Origin: a virus
Taxonomy: Duplodnaviria > Heunggongvirae > Uroviricota > Caudoviricetes
DNA: 64,000 nt
Reading direction: 5' to 3' (one strand)
IMG/VR virus record: IMGVR_UViG_3300029605_000001
Position 1 is the stretch's first letter, and the number at the start of each line of letters is the position of its first letter. Positions 24,500 through 40,300 of this stretch are shown piece after piece. The position numbers and the translations under genes were made by a program. The notes beneath the pieces were generated by a model. The model saw only the letters and a list, made by a program, of their open reading frames with translations, ran no database searches and had not been told where the DNA came from.

Positions 24500-27400
24500 A
24501 ATAGAATGATTGGTTAATTGCTGGTATACTTAATCCAGAATTTAGTACTAAGGACTTTCTTGTTTCTGGATTAACTCCAGATAATACTTAGTTATTAACA
24601 CTTGAACAATATAAAAATAGTTCTTTTATAAGAGATAAATTTACTGAGAATGGAGCTTTTAATGAAAAAGCATTTGAAGACTTTTATAAAAATAGAGTAG
24701 AAGAATTTGGTAAACTGCAATCAATAAGTATAAACGATACTTTTACATATAGCCCATTTGATACTAAAGCACAGAATGACTCTAATAAACAGTTACCAAA
24801 TTATTCTGTAGATATAGTAGCAAATCCTAATAGAGATATTAATATTCTTGGAGATATATATAGTAATAATCTTTCATAGAGAGAATTAGCATAGTAGAGT
24901 AAAATTTGGGATACTGAGAAGGGAGAGTGGAGTAAAGATACAGTAAATGATCGTGCTCTTTTTAGTAATCCAATAAAATGGCTTAGTACAGTTCTATCTG
25001 AGCCATTAGTATATGCCACTTATGATTCAGAAGGTGAACATTACGACCCTTTTACGGGATAGATGGTTTAGCACAAAAAGGGGGAATATAAGTTAAATAA
25101 ATATGGTCTTCCATATACTGAAACCTTAAATGGTAGGTCATTAGTTAATAAAGAAGTAGTGTCTGGATTCGATTTTCTTACTGTTGACGGGAAGGGAATA
25201 AATTAGTATGATTACTTTGACTCTGACGGACTAAATAAGAGTGTTACTGGAACAATAATGAAATCAGTTACTGCTATAGCCCCAATGTTAATGGGGCCAT
25301 ATGTCGCTCCTATATATTCTGGAATATTAGTTGGTAGAGAGCTTATGAAAACGTTTCCTATGTTATATGGTCTTACTACATCTTGGTTTAATACGCCGGC
25401 TGAGAATTCAACTCTTAATAAGTTAGCAGGAATCGGATAGTCTCTTACTACTGGAACATCAGAGTAGGGAAAATCTTCTCTTTTGAATATAGAAGTGCTT
25501 AGTGATTTAATTACTAGTGTTGCTTTACAATGGGGGCAACAGAAAGTCATTGCAACTAGTATTAATAAGTTAAGAGGTAGTAAAGATCTAGTTGAGGACG
25601 CGTATAAAAAGGCTGGAGTTGAATATTCTATCTCTAGAGCTGCATTATAGTAGTAGGTTGATGAAGGAATTATAACTAAAGAAGCTCTAGAAAGATATGT
25701 TGGAGATCCTACTAACTGGCAACAAAGTGCTATAGGAAGATCAGCAATATAGAAATATATGAAGGATGTCCAGCCAATAGTAGATAAAACTAGAAGATTA
25801 GGAGCTGATGCCTCACTAGTATATATGGCATTAGTGTCTAATACTGATGTGTATCAATCAATGCTTGAATCTGGTGCTACTAGAAAGGAAGCTGCTGCAG
25901 TAGCTCTTGGTAGTACTTTAGGTATGTTTTCAGTTGATAGATTTTTACATCTTGGGGAATTATTCTTTGATGATTTAACTGCCGATTATGAGAGGTAGTT
26001 AAGAAGAACACTAAATAAGGAAGCTAAAAGCTGGTATGATACAACTATTAAATAGACTACACAAGAGTAGGGTAAATCTAAATTAGATAAATTTAGAGGT
26101 TTATTTAAAAGTGGAATAGATTGGGGAAAGAAGAATACTAATAAATTTATCGATGATCTAAAATATCACAGTACTGGATTTGTAGGTAAGTCTCTGGGAG
26201 AAGGTTTAGAGGAAGTTGGGGAAGAATTTGTCTCTGATATCTCTAAAGGATTATATGAACTTGCTTCAGACTTTGGTTTTGATACTGCTGTTAATAATGT
26301 CGGAGCTTTTGAAAACTGGAAAGAAAGATATGGAATGTCTTTTCTTGGAGGTACCCTAGGAGGTGGTTTATTCTATGGAGTAAATGTATATTAGAATGGA
26401 AATTTTCATATTGACCAAACTCAAGATGAACTTATATATTTAGTAAGAAATGGAAAGACAAATGATATCTTAAAAACTTTAGATAAATGGAGAGATTAGG
26501 GTAAATTTGGAAGTACCTCTTTGTCTATTAATACCACTAAAGATTCAAAAGGAAATAATGTTTTCTTGACAGCTAGTAGTCGTGCAGATTCATAGAATGA
26601 TTTTATTTATAACAGAATAAAAGAAACTGTACTTCAATTACAAAATATTATTGATAATAATGATGCTAATTTAAGTGATGACTAGTTGTATGACAAAATG
26701 ATATTATCTGAAGCTAGATTCTAGGATCTCTAGAAATATTTATAGGGATAGTCATATACTACTAGTTATCAATAGGATTATTAGAGAGTTTTAAATAATG
26801 TAGTAAATTTGGAAGCCGCACTTAAAAGAGCTAATTAGACTACAACAGGATTACCATATCAATCTGAAGAGGAATACTCTAAAAATATAGCTACTGACCA
26901 ATAGCTTAGAAATATGACTGAGCATGAAAAATAGGCTAGAGATAGGAACATCAAGAAGGTAGAGGAAGACCTAAAGAGTGCTAAGGAGGAATTAGATAGA
27001 TTCTTGTCTGGAGAGTATTCAATGGAATATACTGAAAAGATGTTATTTGCACTAGATGAGAATCTAAATAAGGAGTTTGTAACTATGACTTATGATCAAT
27101 GGTTAAAAAGAGCTCACGACGGTAAAACTCCTGGAGAACTGTCTCCTGATGAAGCTATTCAATATAAGGAAGAATATTTAACATATAAGGCTAATAAATA
27201 GAAAGAGGACCTAACGAAGCAATTTGAATTATATAAAGCTATCAAAGCGTAGATGGATCCAATTTTACTAGGTCTATCTCAGAACTAGGATAAATTCCTA
27301 AAATTCAATCAGGAATTCCAAGCCTTACAAGAGTCTGACATATTTAATGTTGCTCCTTATACATTTGATTCTGTATTAGATATTTACGGAGAAACTGAAG

Positions 27401-30400
27401 AAAGTGATTCCTATAAAAACAGAAATAATCCTGAAAGTAGGTTGGCTAGACAAGAGCAGGTTAAGTAGGCTAATATGGAATATGCTAACTAGCTAAGAAA
27501 AGAGATTTTAAAAGTAATTGATAAGGCTGGAGGATTTATAGATCCGTTAGCAAGAAGAAAACTTAAATTGCTATTACAAACTCGTAATAAAGATCTTCTT
27601 AAGAGCTTACAGGAAGAACTTAAAAATCAAATGATCCTTAGCAATTCTACTATAGATACTAACACAGGACAAATACTTTAGAGAGGAACATTATCAGAGC
27701 TTGATAGAAGCGTGTTATAGTTGTTAAGTAGTATAGATTTAGCTCACTTAGATAAAGCTAATAATGTATGGGATTAGATTAAATCCCTTGTTGAATCTAG
27801 TTTTGTTGCACCAATTAGGCAGCGTAATGAACTTTACGGAAATATAAGAAGTTATATAAGAGATGCCCGAATTGGAGATAATTATGATCCAGAAGAACCA
27901 GAACTTACAGGAAGAGCCTTGTATGATATGATACAATATCAAATTGACCAAGGCAGAACCCTAGATGAAGTCTTTGACTTAAATAATACTGAACTATATC
28001 CTGATAATACTGAGACTTATGGAGGTCTTACGAGAGCTTAGTTAGCTGCATTCTTAAATGATTTAAGAGCTAGGTATGAAGCAGAAACTAGAAGTGATAA
28101 TCCGATTGCCGGAGCTCTGACTGACACTAATGAATATCTTACTAGAAGTTTACAATAGTCTCTGGACGATAATGAGAATGTTCAAAGAGAGCTTTCATAC
28201 TATAATGGGATATTCTAGGATTATCTTAGAAGTGTTAAAGAGAATCCTTTAATTAATTTAAATAAAGAATTGGATGCTAGAGTATCTAGTATTAATCCTG
28301 TTATTGAATTAGTTAAGAACCTTGGTCTTCATCTAAATACAAATATGGATAATCTAGAAAAGATACTTACCAATCTTGACTAGAAGTACGATCAGGTGGA
28401 AGACATTCATGATCTAATCTTATCTCCAGAAGAGAAAGAAAGTTTTGAGGAAGCTACTCAAATAATTAGATTGGCATAGTCTTATCTGTATGCTGCTTCT
28501 AATACTCCAAATATCTTACATCCATTTGGACATAATGCTACTTTGAACGAGTTTGCAGAAAATCATAAAGATATTTATAAAGATTTTTAGCCACTTCCCA
28601 TAATATCTTAGGAGTTATTCAATGCGTTTGATTATTAGCTTTCTAATTATCTACTATAGATGGGAGTTTAGGATCCTAAGAGCAAGGAATACAATGTTGG
28701 AAGCTGGTTATACTTATCTAATCATAACGAAGTTGATAAGGCTGGTTAGTTTATACGTGCAGAGAAAGCATGGAATAAGGCTTGTTATGACGTATTTATG
28801 AATCATCCAGAGTCATTTAAGTTTGAATATAATGGAACTTCTTATAACTTATTAGAAGGTGCAGAGTCTGTTCCTGAAGTAGGAACTGATACTCCTGATG
28901 CTATAGTATACTTGAATCAGCTATTCAATATATTCCATAAGAATATTGACAAGTTAGTAAAACAAGGATGGACTTATAAATAGATCTGGGAACGTTCTGG
29001 AGTACTCGATAAACTCTTGAAAATTAATACTGTACCTCAGCAAAAGACAGTATCTCTAGATCAGAATGTTACTGAGGGAAATATGACTTATTACGATAAG
29101 GCTATACTCCTTGCTACAGTAGCTGCAATGGACTCTACTAAATTCTATGTATATCTTAGAGGGAGAGTTGAAGAGGAGAATGGAATTGTACCTCTAACCA
29201 TACAAGAATGGGTATCTAGAGTGGGTATAGCTGAACTAGAAAATCCTGAAATTTTCAATCAAACTCTTGAGTACGTGAAATAGAAGACTGGAGATCCAAA
29301 GCCTATATTGTATAACACTGTATATATTCCTGGAAATGCTGGAGCTGGAAAGAGTAGAGTTGTTGCTAGGAATATTGTTAAGTACCTAAAAAGCAATAAT
29401 ATTTGGTTATCTGCTCCTAAAGAATCTCAAATAATAACATTATTTGAATCTACATCAAAGGGAGTTAAGATGCTAAACAGAAAAAGTTCAGAAAGCGAAT
29501 CTAGCGAGTTTCCAATACTTATGGAGCAACTCGGAATAGACTAGAAAGCCTATAAAGAAGCGCTAGATATTATGTCAGATGAAAACGTCCTGAGTAAGAT
29601 AGAAAAAGGAGAATTTCCTTAGTCTCCAAACTTTATGATCAAAGAAACCAATGAGGCATATGTAGTAGAAATTAATCCTGATAAGTTTGGTATTAAGAAA
29701 ATACAAAATGCTCCTGAGGTAATAGTAATTGATGAAGCTACACATTTAAGTAACCTAGAATTACAAATTCTAAGTCAATTTGCTAGAGTTAATAATTCTA
29801 AGCTAATCTTACTAGGAGATAGTAAACAAAAGGGATGGAATGGATTGGGAAAGAATATTGATAGAGAGTAGTGTTTAACTGTAAGAGCTCCCAATCTTGG
29901 AATATCTTTAAGAGATGATAATGTATAGCATCAATTTAACTTACGTATTCTAGAAGATTTAATTAACTAGTTGTCTAATTTAGACGAAGAGGATCCTGGA
30001 TATAAATAGCAAGTTGCTACTATTAAGGCTATTCTACATAATATATAGCTTAAGGTATACAATCAAGATGAAATAAATGGAGAATAGATACTAACATCGC
30101 TAACTCAGCCATACGTAAATAAACTTCATGGTACTGTTGGTTATGTTGGAAGGTAGCCGTCGGCTACTTTAGATCTCCTAAAGAACTCTGATCTCGAAGT
30201 TACTGTACTTCCAGAAGTAGATATACAAGGTCAAGAATTTGATTATGTCGTAATAGATAAAGACTTTAGTATTCCTAATAAGGAGACTTCAGATTTTAGA
30301 CTATTAGATTTTCTAAGAGATCTTTATACCATGATTTCTAGAGGTCGTAAAGGTTCTATTATCATAGACCCAACTGGAAAGCTATAGACAGCTATAGGAA

Positions 30401-33400
30401 ATAATAGGGTAGAGTTTGTAAAAGCACAAGCTCCAAGGATTATTGAGTATGCTGATCAATTTAGACGTTAGAAGCTAGATGTTCTAGATAAGGCTCTGGG
30501 AACTAAGTAGAAATCAGAAGAACAACAAGATCAAGGAGGAACTGAACAAGGAACTAATCAAAGAGGGACTTAGGAAGATCAAACCACTCCAGAAATAATA
30601 CTTGATAAGGATTTTAGTGTTAATGACCTTGATTTTAATAATAACTATTATGTGATATGGCAGATTCCATTTGCTCAAGCAGGTAATATTCAACAGGTTG
30701 GTATTACTGATGCTAAAGGTCTTGAAGGAAATGTAATATTTGCCACTAGAGATTTAATCAATCAAGTTATTACTACACAGAAAGAAGGAAGAGGGTATAA
30801 TGGAGCTGATGCTATTGTGTTAATGTAGTTCCCAAAGGATACATTTGGTACAGGAATTAGTGACATCACTACAATTACTTCTAAAGTAGAAGAACTTGAT
30901 AATACTGATAACAATATTCCTACTAAGTATATAAAGAATATAATACATACTACTCCCCTAGATACTAAAGATGATATAAAGACAGATCCTAACGATACAT
31001 TACAACCTCCTACTCCAACTGAAGCTGATATAAAAGAATAGGCTATAGATGAAGACGATCTTCCTTCCACAGCTGAAGATGTAGACTCTGATACTCCGAG
31101 CAACCCTATATTGTGTTTCGGACAGGCTACATTTACAGGAATGAAAGTAGAGCAGAGAGAGGAAAAGCAAGTTTGGATAAATCCTTAGACCGAAACTAAG
31201 AGAGATATACAAATATTTACTGATAAAGAAGAAATAGTCGATACTCAGGAGCAAATAGATTTAAGTCGTAAGATAAGAGCTCTTAAGAATGCTATTCTTT
31301 ACAGGAGAGATTATAATTCTCTTCCAGACTATGTTACTAAACTGATAAGTAAAGATCAGTTTGATAATATTAAATGGCACATTGAAGTTAGAAAGACTAA
31401 CGATCAAGATAACTTTATAAGAAACATTAGATTCAAAGAAAGTGAAATTGGTATAAGTTCCAAGAATTTAATGTTTGCAGTAGTTGGCGAAATAGAACTT
31501 AATGATGGAACAAGAGCCTCTGTTACTTTAGGACTTCTGAGCAATCCTAAGAACTGGATTAATTAGATTGGAAAGGAAGGAGGAATACGTGACAGAATTA
31601 AGAGGAAAATAGAAAAACTTGAAAGTAGATTAAACGGAAAGGTAGTTCTTACATAGAGACAAAAGGATAATATCTAGAAAAAGATTGATAAGTATAGAAC
31701 TCAACTGGATAATCTAGATATTAATAACCCTCAATCAGAACCAATACAGTATAGCAACTATATTGAGAAGTTAGCCAATATGTATGATGGAGAGAATCCT
31801 GTCATTGTACCAATTACAGGATTAATCAGACCTGGACTAACAGATTTACATAGACAATAGAAACCTGTGAGATTAGCTAGAATAAGTAAGGCACTAATTA
31901 GGAGTGCTGAAAATAGACTTAAATTGTTAAATTAGAATCTAGCTAAGGTAAAAGGAGCTTCCATTATAAGAGCTAGAATCGAGGAAGAAATAGAACAAAC
32001 AAAGAAGAAACTAGAAGAATTTAAGCAAATACAGGACGTAAGTTTCAGATCTCTGAATCCTTATACTGTTGTTTCTCCTATGTACATTTATACTCCTTCT
32101 AGTGCTATTAGAGGAACTGCCGATATTGATGATTCTGTAGTTGGTAAATGTAATGTAGTGTTTGTTACTAATGAAGAAGGAGCAGATCCTAATACATTAG
32201 TTGATAAATATATAGCATAGAAAAAAGCTACTGAGGCTGAGAGACAGACTAATGGAGTAGTGGATTTGAGAAACTCTAATGTAGTTCCTACTGTCAGAAT
32301 GATAGTATTGAACAATTTAGGTGTATCTTTCTAGGATATGTCAAATCCGTACCTCGCAGAATCTATGATGGGAGAGGTTTCTTATGAAAACGAAGGAGGT
32401 GAAAGAGTTGCTCATAAATAGATTTACCCATTCAGAACTAACTACATGGGAGTTAGAACGTATGTAGGATTATGGAATTTTAGAGCTAATTTGTTGAATT
32501 TTAGAGATAAGTTTAATACTTTTGTAGAAAGTCTTCCGATAGACCGATCTCTATTAGATGACTATTTGAGGGTTAAAGACCTACAATGGAGAAGAGATAA
32601 TGGAAGAACTCTAAGTGGTACCGAAATAGACTATCTAAGCAAGCATCAGAACCTAGACAAATTTGATGAGGTTTCTAAGTTAGTTGATGATTTTAATGAT
32701 TCACTTAGTAACTAGGTAAAAGAATTTAGGCTCGGAAGTGATTTAGCTAATGGAGCTTATGTTAGATATTTAACTGGAGATGTTAGCGCATTATATAACA
32801 CTAATGAGAAAGTTAGTGGTATTTATATTAATTCTGCCACATTTGAAAATTATCTAAATTTAGCTGAGAGCTTATTTACTAATGTACTTGACTAGATAAT
32901 TACTTGTGAGTATCCAAAAGATAGGCTGCTTAGTGCAAAAGAAGGAGTTAGAAATTCTTTTTCAGGATATACTAAGACTCTTGCCAATACTAATGGAGTA
33001 TTAGAAATAAAAGATTATGATGAAGAGGGAAAGGTTGTGACAAAAGATACTATACGTTTTGGTTCTGCTTATGGAGCTACAGGCGTAATGAACTCCTTCT
33101 CGCATATTCCAGCAGTATTGTCTAAAGTATTTAAATATACTAGCCTTCGTCAAACTCATCTATCTGGAAGAAACTTTGACACTCAAGATAGATATAGTAT
33201 AAGAGTATAGGGAACTATTGAATAGAATGGAAAAGAAGTTAAGATTGATAAAGTTCTTCCATACTGGAACATTTGGCAATACGTTAGTATGGCTAATGGT
33301 CAGGATGAGTATGACTTGCACGCGCTTGACAACTATACATGGGATAATAATTTCTCAAACTTCTTTTCATTTGCTTTTCATGGAACATTGGAGGATGTTC

Positions 33401-34338
33401 AAGATTCTAATGCTTAGAGAGCCACTGATGCTTTTGCTCCTAAAGGCTTCTTTGCTGATCCTCTTTCTACTACTGAAAGAGTGTATGATGGTAAAAATAA
33501 AATGTTTACCAAGGCTGTACAATAGCAAGTCTTCTTTGGTTCGGATGTTACAGTTGGAGATCCAACTTTCTTTATTACATTGGGAACTTTAAAGTAGGCA
33601 GTGAATAATGTTGAAAAACAACCAGTAGTTCTTGATGCTGATACTACAATATAGCAATGCAATGACATAGTAACAGATGTCTCAGCTAAATATTCTCAAT
33701 TAGCTGAAAATTTTAGAGAAGTTCTAAATGGAATAGATACCATCGAAAGTTCACAAAGAGTGGAAATTGTATAGAATTTAATTGGAGATATTATTGAAAG
33801 TGAAGTTACTAGTAACTATAATTCTTTATTTGATAAAGCATATAATGTTGCTACCATTATACCTAATATGTTAATTAAGAAAGTATCTAATACTGAGGCT
33901 GCTACTTTACAAGAAGTGCTTAAGCAGTAGTATATGGAGAAATACAATGAGGATCTACCTGATATAACAGGTCTTAATAGGGATGGAAATAAACTAGTAA
34001 TTGATGCAGGAGATGTATCTCTATATGTGTCAAGGCAACTTGATGGTAGTATGAGTATATCTAAGATAGGAGGGCCTGTTGTTCAAGAGTCTATTGTAGT
34101 TTCTGAAATTAATAACCTACTTAATGCCTTAGATAAAGTACTTAAACAATCTGATAAAGACCACCTATAGAAAAATATTGCTGATTATTAGGCTGTATCA
34201 GACAACTTAAAACAGTAGCAGAAATAGACAATTATAAAGACTCTTAAAAGATTTTCTTCTACTTACATGGGAAAGAGAGAAGCCTTTAAGTTGATTAAGA
34301 ATACGATTAATAAGATTAGTGAACCTAACTGTATATAA
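24496..34338 (+). CDS. Giant virion protein (about 3280 aa) with SF1 helicase-like P-loop domain (TAG=Gln)
   Basis: Nine track ORFs (25258 to 33934) share this frame. Motifs GNAGAGKS, IVIDEA, LLGDSKQ, IQGQEFD and LYTMISRG. Confidence 0.8.
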
Positions 34339-34340
34339 TT

Positions 34341-37300
34341 ATGGGATTTTGCAATAACAAAAGTTTTTTTAATAGAAGTACTGACTCAGACGATTTAGCA
34401 TATCTAATTAGTGATTCTTATTGGGATACGTAGGATCTTGCTAGAAGTGAGAAGAAGAAGTTTACAACTTAGGACTTCTATAATACTTTAATTTCAAAGT
34501 TGAAATCTGAGGATACTCCATTTATGATGGAGTATTCCTCTGATTTAACTTAGTCTTAGAAAAATGCTTTTAAGAGAGCATTCAGACAAATTAAAGATTC
34601 AATTATAGATTTAATACCAAACGAATTTAGAGATCGAATTAAAATATCTGAACTTAGAGCATTATTAGATAACAATCTTCAAGATGATTTAGGAGCTAGT
34701 CGACTAAAAATCGTTGGGGAAGATGAGGATGAGTCATTTAATATAGAAGCTGAAGGAGCTCATGATGATGACACCCCTATTAGGGAATTAAAGTTTAGAG
34801 ATTTTATAGAATAGACTTATGGAGGATGTATTGGTGCGGTGAACCAAATGAAACACATATTCTCCAGAGAAATATTTACAAATACTCTATGCAACTTTAA
34901 GAGGGGTACTATTGTGACTAATAATACCTAGCTCAATGATAATATTGCTCTGTATAAGAATTAGTTACTATAGAGGGTTACTGATTTATTGCACGAGGTA
35001 AATCCAGAAACTGATTATCCAACTAGTATATACACAGAAAGCGGAAATGTACACTTAGGTTACTATAAGGTACTTTCTGATATGAGAGAATATTTAGAAA
35101 GTATAAAAGGCAGTGATACAGTTAATGAAGAGTACAACAAAAATCTCTTTGGAAATGAGAGTACAACTCTAAATGCTATTCATGCTTATACTATTCTAAA
35201 ATATTTTGATTCTCTGTTACAAGAATCAATAGGTAAAACAATCAAGTTTAATAAACTTTATAAAAATCAGGAAGTAACTCTTGATGTAAGAAAGTATGCC
35301 TTTTCTAAGGATACTGAACATTAGAGAAAATCATGGACAGACTCTGAGAATAGAACAGCAATATAGAACTCTTCTAGATTTTCTAAGTTTGTCCTAGATT
35401 CTATTCCATTAATTGTAAATGGAAAAGACACTGGAAAAAATATAGGACAATAGTTCTATATGACTATGACCAAGTTGTTTTCTAATGTGTCAATATTGGC
35501 AGAAAACGATGATAACTCTGTACAAGATTTAGTTTAGTATATCTATGCATTTCACGGATCTCCTACTCTATATTCTTACAAGATAATAAGTCTTATAAAT
35601 TCTAGTAGCACTGTATAGGATGCACTCAGAAAAATGAAATCTCCTGACAAGGGAATTTCTATACAATTTACTGATAATGACTTCGGAGTAATACAATCTC
35701 TCTATAAATATGTATTCTCTTATGATACAGACATGAATCTTAAGAGTTATGCTAATTATAAGAACAAGTCCATAAGATCTATGGAATACAATTAGCTTAA
35801 GACTTCCTATAATCTTGGTAAATATTCTATACTTAGTGACTTAGTTAGCTTAATGGATGATGTCATGGCTTCAAGTTATATCTACAGTGAGTATGGACTT
35901 GAAGGAGGCTTTAATATATAGAGACGTGTATTGTATAAAGATAGACGTGGTTCTGAGAAGTTTAAGGATACAATTAATGCAGCTAATATTTCATACTCTT
36001 AGCTAGAAAGAGAAAGACTAAAAACTGGATGCCAAGTAGAATTTGAAACTAGTGTTTCAACCTAGAAAGCGACTGTCACTATCAGTGTTGGAAATAATAA
36101 GGTTCTAAGTTTTGATGTTGTATCTTCTAGCGATCTTGGTATACTTGGACAGAAAGGAGAAATTTCTATCCTAAAAAATGATGAAAGCCCTGAGCTGCTA
36201 GATAGACTGCAAGTTCTATTTGGGGAAAATAGCCCTATTGACTTGTCTTCTGCTGAGCAGAGAGCAAGACTCTTGGCAGATGGTGTAGAATTAACTCCAG
36301 ATGAATAGTTGTTCAAACAGGTTCTATAGTTTATAGATGATAGATTAAAAACTAGATTCCTGATTGATGATGATGGACTGAGGAAATTACATTTCTACAA
36401 AACTTTATAGTTAGATAGTGGTGCTTAGAAGTATTATGAAGATCTGCTAGTATATGCAGTGAGATCCCAAGTAGTATCCAACATATATTACGACTTTAAT
36501 GCTAGAATGTTAGATCCAAATGATAGAATTAAGAGCAGGAAACAGTTCTTATCGTTTGTAGAAAGACACGCATACCCTGCTTTTGCAAATTTGAGTAATG
36601 ACTAGAAGAAAGTCTATTATATTACTAATAATGGAATAACTAATCTTAGAACAATACCTAGTTCAACTCAATGGGTTGATGTTTATGACCAAGCTACTCT
36701 TATTCTATATGGAGAGAATATGGCTAGTACTAGTAAGAACTAGAGTGGGAATAACGATGCTAACTACGTAACCTCATTCTTAGGAGGATAGATATTTAAT
36801 GTTCTCTATAAAGCAAGATAGACTGCAAGAGCTAGATAGGTAATTCAAGACCAAGCTCTAGGAGATATTACAGAATAGGCCTTTATGATAGCTAATACTG
36901 ATCCTGAGTTTGAGAATTTGTCTGAAAGTGATAAGAAGGCATATCTTGATAGATTAGTATCTTAGTTAGAAGACGGTGTATCTATACCTCCTCAAACAGC
37001 AGCTAGTAAACTACTGTTTACTAACAATTCTGGGGCAGTTAAACAATGTGTTATCAATTCTGATGTTAAGAATAGAGCCGGAACTGTTAAGAGTCTAAGA
37101 GACTTAAAAACTTCTGAACTATTCTATAATGCAATTATACACAACTTCTGGTCTAGCTTCGTCAAAACTGGTGAGTACTGTATACAGCCAACTACATACT
37201 CTGATAAGGTAAAACTTATTCAGTATATGATTGATGGTAAGAATTATCGTAGATTTGGAGGAAAGAGTTTATCTTAGTTAACTAAGGATGAAACAATTGA

Positions 37301-40300
37301 ATTGTATAGAAGTTCAATAGGAGAGGCTTCGAAGCTAGCATTAGATAATGTTATATATACCTATGAACAACTATGGGGAGAGAAATTAACTCTCCAAGAA
37401 ATAAATAGAAGATTAAAGAATTATACAGAGGATAGACTAGTAAAAGAAGCATAGGCTAAAGGGTTGCGAGTACAAGTAGACCTACATTATAGAGTAAAAA
37501 AGATAAATGGAAAAGAAGCTCTATTAGTCAGTGAGAATTTAGCACATGAGGCTAAATATGCTGATGCTGCTTACTTGAGAAAAAAATTCGCAGAAGAAGA
37601 AGTGAAATTCATAAATTAGCTAGTAAACTCTGGAGTTCTCTTCTATGTTGATTATCATGATACTTCACTATACGATAGAGACTTTTCAAAACTATCAGTA
37701 CAAGATTAGCTAAGAAAATCTTCAAATCCTATAGCTAACATTATTACGTCCTTGTATACTACTGAAGCAGCAGTAGAGGAATATGCTAATAAGTGGATTA
37801 AGAACGGTAAATTAGTGCTAGCCTACGATAAAGATGGAAAAGCTATATAGTTTACTAATACTAATAGTGTATCTGAAATAAACCCACTATTTGAAAAATA
37901 CTTCTATATAGACTCTCTAGTATCTAATAATCTTAGATTATCTCTTACTGGATTTGAAACAAACCATCCTGATAAGTCTAAGTTTGTTAAAATGTGGGGA
38001 AACGTAGCTAAGATTAATAATGTTAAGAACTAGCTTCTCTATAACACTACATGGGCTAATGAAGAGGGGAAGATAGAAGCTTAGGGAAATATTGAAAGGT
38101 TATAGGATGCGAAGATTATTTGGGGGCATCCGGCACTAGGAAAGACCACATATTTGTATGCTAATCCTGATAGTATTATTGAATGGGATAATGAGTTTAA
38201 TCCAATAAGAAATAAATTCATTGCTGACACACTTGGCAATGATAGTCAAGAAGCTAAGCAACAGTTCTTATTTGAAGCCCAGAATTATATAACTGGATCT
38301 GGTGAATATAATGCTAATCTAACAAAGGCTTACGAGCAATATAAATAGATGTTAATTGAGAACTGGGAACTTGCTAAATAGAAAGCTAGGAGTCAAGGAA
38401 AGAAGCTATTCGCATCTCCTGCTATATTACCTATTCTGTTTAGGGACGATTTTGACTTGTTCCTTACTATGGATGAACAAACATTCTTATAGAGGAAGCC
38501 CAATGGTTTAGATTGGAAGTAGAGTATAGACAGAATATTAAACTCCGATCAATCTATAGTTAATAAGACTATAAATGTCGGAGATCTATATATGTCGGAT
38601 ATAATGGCATTAAATGATTCCTTCGATTTATATTCTATGAGCCTATCTAGTAACTCTGAAATGTAGAAAATGGCAGAAAGTCTGTCTACAATAATTGAAA
38701 ATGTATCTCAAGGTACTCAATTAAAACGTAATGTTATTATCCCTGCTACTTTGCACTATATGCACAACGATTTAATGAATGGTGTAACAAAGAAGATAAA
38801 AGTGGCAATTATTAAGGATATGCCTGCTCAAGTGTTCAATTTTAGAGGCGATAAGGATAAGATTGACTCTATGGATGGTTCTGCATTTACTACTGCTTTA
38901 TAGAGTATATTGGAGAATATGTCTCTTGGTTCTCAGGAAGTAGGTCCAGATAAGAAACCTATTTGGCATCACTACGACTAGGAAACTGGTACTGCTGCTC
39001 TTATGAAATTCGCGTCATTTGAAATCAACAATGAACGTATGCTATTGTCAATGAATAGTAGAGTTCCGTTGATTAGAATGTATAAGAAAATGACTAATAT
39101 GCAGTGGTCTACTTTAGATGAGAATGGAGTCCCAGTACAATGGAATACATCAGTTCCTATAGAGCTAGGTAAAGGAATTACATTTGGAGGCATAAACAGA
39201 TCATATAGAACTCTTAAGTTCTAGGATGATATTCTTGATGGAAGACCACTTTATTATAGAGATTATGCCCCGGATGGTTCTGTTATATATAAGCAGATAG
39301 TAGGATTTGGAGGAAACTCTACAGACGGATACTATACTATTGAGTCTTACGTTGATGAGTATGGTGACGTTGATGTAACCATGCCATAGAATTAGCAGGT
39401 TTATCACTGGTTTAATTCTAATAGTGATCATCACACTACTAAACAAGAAGGTGATCATACTATAAACTCCTTATATGAGCTATGGCAATCTCTAGGAGGA
39501 GTGTATTCTCAAGAACTTGGTGAGGGTGGAACAATGACTGCTTCTGAGTCCTCTCATTATGCAGTTGTTGGCTTTATGAATAAAACTGTTAGGGCAAAAA
39601 ATGGTGCTGGAACTGATAGGTTTGATGTATCATAGAACTCCTATGAACAGCCATTAAAAGACATGATGATTGGTTACTTGACTAACAATTCAGGTATGAA
39701 GAATGGAGCAGCTAATCGTAACAGTGTTAATAGATGGTTTGATGAAGAACCCCTAACTTACATGGAAATGGATTCAGACGGTCTTGGTATTCAGATGGAT
39801 GCTGACCATGATGTAGAGGAGGCAGCAACAATGACTGAGTTCTCTCAGGTTATATCTGCTCTAGAAGCTGGAGGGTTCTTACATAAGTATGCTAAACAAG
39901 TATATAGTGATCTTGGTAGAGTAGCTGCTATAGCTTCTCAAATGGAAATAGACGCCGTAACTAAATTCTTGGCAGGAGAAGAAAGTAATTATGATGCCGT
40001 AAAGGATCAGTTGTACGATGTTCTCGGAAGAACTCTTCTTAATGGGATTAAAAGTAGAGATGATTCTGCAAGTTTAACTGATTCCATCTTAAGAGCTATA
40101 GAAAAGAGCTTTAATAAAAATCTTAACCACAAAAATGATATATTTAAGATTCCGTTCTCAGACTCTAATATATATAGTTAGATATTACCTACACTAGTAT
40201 CAATAATTAATAAGAAATCCATTAAGCGTAAATACCCTGGATCTGGATGTGTTATGATTCCTGGATATAATGTTATTCAGTATTTTAATATTGGTGGCAG

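Noticed and set aside
33218..33592. 124-aa alternative-frame + ORF (likewise 17829-18029 and 61325-61597)
   Set aside because: Lies over better-supported genes in another frame or strand, with no recognisable motif.
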